Origin: Lobosporangium transversale
Lineage: Eukaryota
Length of the DNA stretch: 64,000 bases
NCBI RefSeq assembly: GCF_002105155.1
Contig: NW_019028988.1
Coordinates: forward strand, 124,001 to 188,000
Direction of reading: 5' to 3'
Below, in pieces: positions 55,314 to 64,000 of the stretch; the stretch's first letter is position 1, and every line of letters starts with the position of its first letter. Below the pieces are notes generated by a model, which was not told the origin of the DNA, did not search any database, and worked only from the letters and a program-made list of their open reading frames with translations. The position numbers and the translations under genes were made by a program.

Positions 55314-57491
55314 GGATTCAGCATATGGATGTATGGTGGATTAGTGATTTTGAACTTGACACCTCTACTGTCATTATTCCTCTTTGGAATATTTGGCTTT
55401 GGCATCATACATGCATATGGACCGCTTCTTCATTGGATAGGCCCGTAGTACACTTCAGTTTTGAGACAGCTAGACAGGCTAATAAAATGCTTGTGGAAGT
55501 GCCAATGCGTGTCAAGGTAGGTAGGCGGGTGCTCTAGGACCTTTGCCAAGGGATTAATGAGGGCAGTCCACGATTATAAAAGAGTGAATACAAATCATTG
55601 ACTCTCATTTGTTATGAGAAAACCAAATTCGGAAGGATGAAGTGAAGGTTTTTATTTGTACTTTTATCATTCTGAGAACCCAGCTTTGTGCAGCTTTCTT
55701 TCTTTTTTTTTTTGTGAGGATGAATATCAAGGCAAGTGGAATGATGCTGGTATTTCATTGATTGTAAGAGATACTACAGATTTAAGATGGCGAATCCATC
55801 CCAACATGAATACATACATTTCGTGGGTAGATATTACGTACCATGATATTTCTCGAGGCATCATGGACTTGTAGTTAGGGCCAACGGGGTTACACACAAA
55901 TATGCAAGATACAAAGTCAGCACGTGTTCGTCAGTAATATCACCGACATGTCTTCACACGAACACGCAACACAAGCGTGCTGACATCTCTATCTGAACTT
56001 CAATCTTCATGTCAAGGAACGCGGATACATGGCTACACTATGAGAAGTAGTTTGCTCAGCTTTAGCTTGAGTTGAGTAAGTGGGGAGGAGAGATCCACAA
56101 TAAAGCTCAGCGGCCATTTCCGGGATGTAGCATAATGATGGCTCTATGTAAGCAGCAGTGGCGCTTCTTATTTTTGGTCACCTTTGCAATCATCTACCCA
56201 AGTCAACGTTTCCCTGTCCAGTTCATCAGACATTTGGATGGGCCTGGTTGCAGAGATATCCACGTACAATCTTCATTAGGACTAATATCCCCTATGTCGA
56301 ACAACCCGAGTACGGATGGTAGAAGCGCCTGATCTGTACTTTGCAGACGAATTGCATATACCATAGACATTTGTGCCATGGTCAGCCACAGCCCCTGAAG
56401 TTAAATTATCTTCTGATCCCAACAGGCTAGTTACCTGGTCATTTTCAAGTTCGGAGGTGGTCCGAGTGTCGTCACACTCTTGTTGAATTCATTGCTAGAT
56501 ACGATAAAAGAATCTGTAAGTTGAGGATATGGGAGGCGTAGAATCCATCTCATACACCAGAAATCAATTCTGAGGTATTTGTCGCTAAAATGGCTGTATA
56601 TTCTTGTAGTGAAATATATCCAAATCCCGGAAACACCTGCGTCACTCGTGTTTGCATTATTCCCTTGAGTTCGCATTATACAACCAGAGAGACTTAAACA
56701 TGTTGCCCTCCAGTGAAATGAAGTATTGATTTATTTATTGATAAATTAGAAATGATGCTTGCACACACACGATCGATTCAGATCCAGAGTTTTTTTAATG
56801 GGTTTAGAGCCTCAGTTGCTCTTGCACTGTTGTCTCGCATATGTATCCCTTTAAGTAATCTTTAGTCAGGAACCTATTCCTGACTGTCTGGTTTAGGTGT
56901 CGTATATTGGATGGTCGTACCATGGTGTAAAAGCAGGATAGTACAGCGATTCATAGAATGCCAGCAGTTAGATTGTTGTAAGGCGTGAGGTGAGGCGGGG
57001 TTGCGAGTGGGCATTAAGCTTGTGCTAGTAATTCCTAATAAGTGACCAGAATCAGTCAAGTCCCATTATATGTTTGTGCATTGAAAAGTTGGTATTGCGT
57101 GTAATGGTGACAGGTAATGAGAAAGAAAAGATTATTTTTTTTTTTTTTTTTGGACTGGTCACAACACAATACAGATATACTTATACTGACGTACTCTTCA
57201 GGGGCAAACACGCCTCGTGGCCTTCCAAGCGGCATGGCCCCTTCATCCAAAAAAAAAAAAAAAAAAAAAAAAAAGTGCTATCACCTATCCCTCTTCTGCT
57301 TGAATGTTTCCTTTCTTCTTTTCCCTCCATTTCCTTCTTTGCTGTTTGTCTCATTAAATTCATTCACATTCTCTTCCTCTTTTCTCTTCCCTCTCCCTCT
57401 CTCTTTTTCTCTCTTACTCTACTCTCTATTTCTTTTCTTTTCACATATTGTTTTCTCTTATTTCTCTCGACTTAATTCCTTATTCCTTGCA

Positions 57492-59316
<1,825 letters not shown>

Positions 59317-59562
59317 GCCAAGGATGGCAACAGTATCCTTCTGACAGCATGTTCTTTCTGTGGACCTTTTATATTCTAGCCAGCAGTGCCATTAATGTTA
59401 ATAAAAAAATCCATTCCCGTTCATGGGGAAATGTCATAATTGGAATGTGTTAATCGCATGTGCTGCAATGACGTCTTTCGGAAAAAACGAAAAAACGATC
59501 TGTTTTAAATTCTCACATTCACATTCTCCTTTTTCTCATTGTTTCTTTAAAGTACCACTTCC

Positions 59563-59595
<33 letters not shown>

Positions 59596-59652
59596 CTTCG
59601 TTCCTTCTCTCTTATTTATTTCATTGCGTACAGATCTCCCCAAGCTTCTAAC

Positions 59653-60449
59653 ATGCTTAGCTTTATCGTTGATATGTTCCCTGCGGTCTATGCCGAGGAG
59701 AAGAAGGCTCAGGAGGCTCATGCTCCTGATCATGATTTGATAGATGACAAGCATAAAGGGAATAATGACCACAAGGAGGAGAAGCATGACAAGCAAGGAG
59801 ATAAGCAAGATCACAGAGAAGCGAAACAGCAAGACGAGGCGGAGGAGAAAAAAGAGGATCATAAAGAGAGCCATAAAGAAGACGAGGGAGATGGACATAA
59901 GAATGTAAAGCAAGCAAGCGATGAAAAGCCCGAGAAAGAGAGCAAGAGCAGCTCAAAAGAGAGTACTCCAGCTCCTCCAGAACCGGAGGAAGAAGAGGAG
60001 CCAGAAGATATCAAGCCCAAGATCGAGGAAGGTGGGTGTACAATTCAATTGAGAGATGCCTTTGGAAGAGCCATTGTGACGATGTCGCGTCATGGGAAAA
60101 AGAAATTTGCTGTCACATATCCTCAACACTATTTGCTTGTTATTAAAACAAACCCTTTTTTTGTAGCTTGTGCCGAGACTGCAGCTTGTACAAAATTGAA
60201 GCATCACCTTGATGAGTGCACGCGCCGTGTCGAAGAAGAAGGCGCACATGAGGACTGTATAGAAGAGCTCTATCATTTCTTGCACTGCGTCAATGAATGT
60301 GTAAGTATCATTAATAGTACTTTTTGTGTCTACCATCCCTTTCTTATAATCCTTCATGTCAAATAATGGCAATTAGTTGACATATGTTCTTCTTCTGTCC
60401 TTGTAACTGCCTGTAGGCTGCTCCAAAGTACTTCAACAAACTTGCTTAG
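59653..60449 (+). CDS. QCR6: Cytochrome bc1 complex hinge subunit; exons 59653-60031, 60167-60300, 60417-60449
   Basis: Charged N-terminus, then EPEDIKPKIEEACAETAACTKLKHHLDECTRRV...EDCIEELYHFLHCVNECAAPKYFNKLA. Confidence 0.93.
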
Positions 60450-60698
60450 GAAAAAAACTAAAATAAATGCAAAAACCCAATTACAATAAAAACACGAATC
60501 GCTTGTGCGAAAAAGTAATGACCTGAGCTGGTCTTGTGACTCTGAGAACACGAAATCCGGGATTTACTTTGCTGCTCGTTTGCTCGTTGCTACGAGTGAT
60601 CATGCTCTTTTTTTTTTTTTTTTACCTTTCAATTACGACGCTTTTTATATTTTATTATCGACTGGCTATCTTGCTCAATACCATTCAAAATAGCCGAC

Positions 60699-63600
60699 AT
60701 GAGTATTCGTCCACGAAACGACAACCTTCCGTCACAATCTGGTTCGTCTAATAAACCATTCTTTATAGCGCCGATGAACCATCGGCTAGCTCGTCCATTC
60801 TTAGACGAAGAAACAGGCAACTCAAAAACTTTGGATCCGAATATCATGGCGGACCGGATTAATGCGCAGGATAACACCAGCTATAGCAAGAATATAGGTA
60901 CAGATGACAAGCTGCTCCAAGGCTCTGATGCGCCGCCGACATCTATATTATCATCCGTAGAGCACAGGAGTATGGCCCTTGCGGACCCTTCGGTCATGCC
61001 GAAGCTCCTATTTCAACCGACAAAAACCCCAAGTCGATCTCTATTCAGACCCAAAAGCTTATCTGATTTGACCAGAAGAAGCAGGCATAGCTCACCTATG
61101 CTTAATCCGCCAATAGTCCTTCCAGCAATATTGGAAAGTGACTCAGCAAGTCGTCCACCCTCTGCATTTATGCCACGAAATCTAGCTGCGGATGTGCAAC
61201 CGCCAACTACTAGGCCATTGGTACCTCATTTAGAACCATCTAGTAGCTCTGTGACACCAGCGAAGACACATGGAGAGAGCCCTCTCTGCACAGTGACAGC
61301 TAAGGGGACTAAAGAGTCAAAGAATACTAATGATCAAGATGGAAAGACTTTTTATTCTGAGGTATGCACTCGTGAGCCCGAAGGGTGCAGTAAGCTTTAT
61401 CTGATCGTTTGTAATGGGGCCAGGCCCAATTCAAAAGTTTGCGCAGTCTTTCTCACCAAAACAACATCGCGCAATTATCAAAGTTACAATATTCAAATCA
61501 AAACTATCTTGAAAAGCAGCAAGGCCGACTCGAACAACAAACTGTAAAACCCAGTATCCCAGAAAGCGCTCAAAAAGAAGCCCCAAGTATGCTTGCATTT
61601 GAAGAACCTTCCGAACCTCGACCTCAGGTCTTCACTACGCATTATCAGCAAAATTGGCCCCAGCAAGGCGATCACATAGTAATCAATGAGCCTATTCAGA
61701 GCCACAGTAAAATGTTTGAAAACTATGAAGACATAAAACAGCAACCTATATCTTGGTTTAGCAATCTCCAAAATAATGTCCTTGCACATCAAGACCTATC
61801 TCACCTATCGTCCCAAGATGTAGATACCGCTCAGTTAATTGGAGCAGCATTGAGAGTAAAAGACATTCGCCTCTTGGAAGCAGTAAGTTTTCTTTCTTTT
61901 TTAAAGTGTACGTGTATCATTATCCACAATAAATGATACCATAGGTACGGTACATCTGTATCCTAGAATTGTAAGTTGGAGATGACCCAAGCAAGCTTGA
62001 AGCAGACATCTGATCGCTTCATGAACTTACAACATGGTAAATCTTGTGTTCAAGTCCTTGTTTTCATACTTTGGTATTTTTACCATAGCATTATATTATG
62101 GTAGACTTACTAAATGTGGTTGCTGCGCGCTCAAACTGTAATAATTGATATTGGCCAGATCATCAGCGTTTAATCACTGCTCAGAGCGAAATGAAAGGGC
62201 GGGTGCTTGAGCGTGTCAACTCTATCAAAAGTCAATGTGCAGAGTTATTCCAGCTTCTTACAGAGACGGCGGATCAAGTCAAGGGAGTCCAAAACAATAT
62301 CTGCAGCCTTCAAGGAACTCTTCAGGAGATGAGCACGGATCGAAGTAAGTCCTTGAATCCTGAGGATTAACCAAATGCATAGATACCATAGTTTTCGCAT
62401 TGAAATTGACTTTTAGAAGCTGCTAATAAAAACGGCTTGACATAGCCCGTCTTTCGCAGGATTGTAATAACCTTTCTCAGCTACTTGCAGGCATTCAAAC
62501 CAACCACATAACAGTGAGACAAGAGTTGATATCCAAGGTACAGCAGCTGGAATCTCGTTACTTTCAAAGCCAAGAGCTTGTCACGAAGAAGTCTGAGGAG
62601 ATTGATATATATATTCACAGGTAACACTATTGCTTAAAAACAGACTGACCATGTCAGTATTTTTTCATCTTTGACAGCCATTCCATATTTTATTGGCCCT
62701 AATTAGGTGCAAAGACCACGAGCTCATTATACAGCAATTGAGCGGCGAGGTTGCGTCTCAGAGAACAACTTGTATACAACTTTCCACAGATATCGATCAA
62801 AAGACGTGTCTAATACGTGAGCTGGAGGAGGCACTGAAGTCCAAAACGGACCTAGTCCAATTATACGCGCATTCCAGGGCCGATGAGCGTGAATTAGCAG
62901 ACTCCGAACTTGAAAGATGGAAAACTTGGTATATATATGTGTTGTAACCTGTTATTTTTGCTGCTCTTAATGAGGCTTCATGTGAAAGTGAAAGTTGATA
63001 TATCAATGAAATACTGGTAGGCTCATGAGCGCCCATAATGAGCTGGCACAGGCCAATCATGAGCTCACAAAGGAAAGGCTATTTAATGCTGATATTAAGA
63101 AGTGGTAGGTCCTCTGTGAACGTAGTGGATGATATGGTAAATTTGGCAGCTTTCTCGTGTGACTGATACAGTACGCATTTGAAACTAATTATCTTTAAAC
63201 AAATCGTTAAAAGCACAATAACTAAATCAACAAGTGTGGGCACGAGTGACGACACTATTATTGACTTACATTCATGGGCGAGGCAACTTCAGGATATCAT
63301 TGATAATACAAGAACAATTACAGATGAGCAAGCAAAAACAATAGCATCCCAGAAATCCGAGTTACAAGCCTTGGCGCAAACTAATGCTGCGCTTTCGGAG
63401 CAGATCAACGTACTTCCTACTGAATAGAAACATTGCAGGAGCATGAACTAAAGCCGTAAGCATATGCTAAATCTGTGAACACTTTGTAAACAAATACTTA
63501 GGGGAGTATGGAGTCCAAACTCGCCACGCAGAAACAGTTTGAAAGTCTGCAACAGCGCATCGAGGATCAAAAAGCAAATAACGATCTTCTTTGCCAAAAA

Positions 63601-64000
63601 CTGTCAATTATGGAGCAAGAGAATGAAGAGCTTAAGCGTGAGGTAACTATCAACAAAAGCTGGAGCCAGCTAATTGCCATCTTTTTTTTTTTTTTTTTTT
63701 TTTTTTGCAAGAGCGAGTCTTTACTCAAGTAAACACCTAGAATGCTATGAGGATTGGTTTGCTAGTTCATGAGCATACTGAAAAACTCGAGACAACGCAC
63801 AAAAATGAAGCAACTGCCAACAATGATAAGATAGAGGTATAGAATGTTCTCCATATGATCATGAGATTAGTTTTGGGTCAGATACTTACTGTAATCATTT
63901 CCATATCTTTACTACAATCCAGGATCTCGAGAAGAAGCTAAAGGACATTATGGATGAGCGCGAAAAGTTTGTTAGTGATTGCAGATTGCAGCAGCCCTCT
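60699..64000 (+). CDS. Multi-exon protein with a disordered N-terminus and long coiled-coil C-terminus, incomplete at the window end
   Basis: A series of short + strand exons with GT-AG boundaries and heptad-rich E/Q/K/L content; no recognisable family. Confidence 0.6.

Noticed and set aside
54000..57400. Short ORFs between PDA1 and CDC42
   Set aside because: No domain motifs, consistent frame or exon chain was found.

Overview
Intron-rich fungal genomic DNA, probably an early-diverging fungus such as Mortierellaceae (inferred from gene style and repeat families, not proven). Ordinary genes lie at both ends. On the left are a BTB protein, a short KDM5/JARID1 histone demethylase, an uncharacterised conserved-domain protein and a Yap/AP-1-like bZIP factor. 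On the right are tRNA-Glu(TTC), SYM1/Mpv17, an intronless SET-domain gene, PDA1, CDC42, QCR6 and a coiled-coil gene running off the window. About 29.6-48 kb is a nested mobile-element island. Its centrepiece is a 7,501-bp pogo-type (Tc1/mariner, DDE_1) transposon at 39974-47474 with TA target-site duplications and ~1.16-kb near-identical terminal inverted repeats. It carries a second, spliced PD-(D/E)xK nuclease-like cargo gene and sits inside a tRNA-derived SINE. An uninterrupted copy of that SINE 4 kb away shows the empty target site. The island also holds a LINE-like 3' fragment, a MITE-like element built from a TTGACAACCC motif, a second PD-(D/E)xK pseudogene and a long decayed intronless ORF of unknown, possibly viral, origin. 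A piggyBac relic lies at about 7.8-9.0 kb. Exon boundaries were read by eye from splice signals and frame continuity; no database searches were run.
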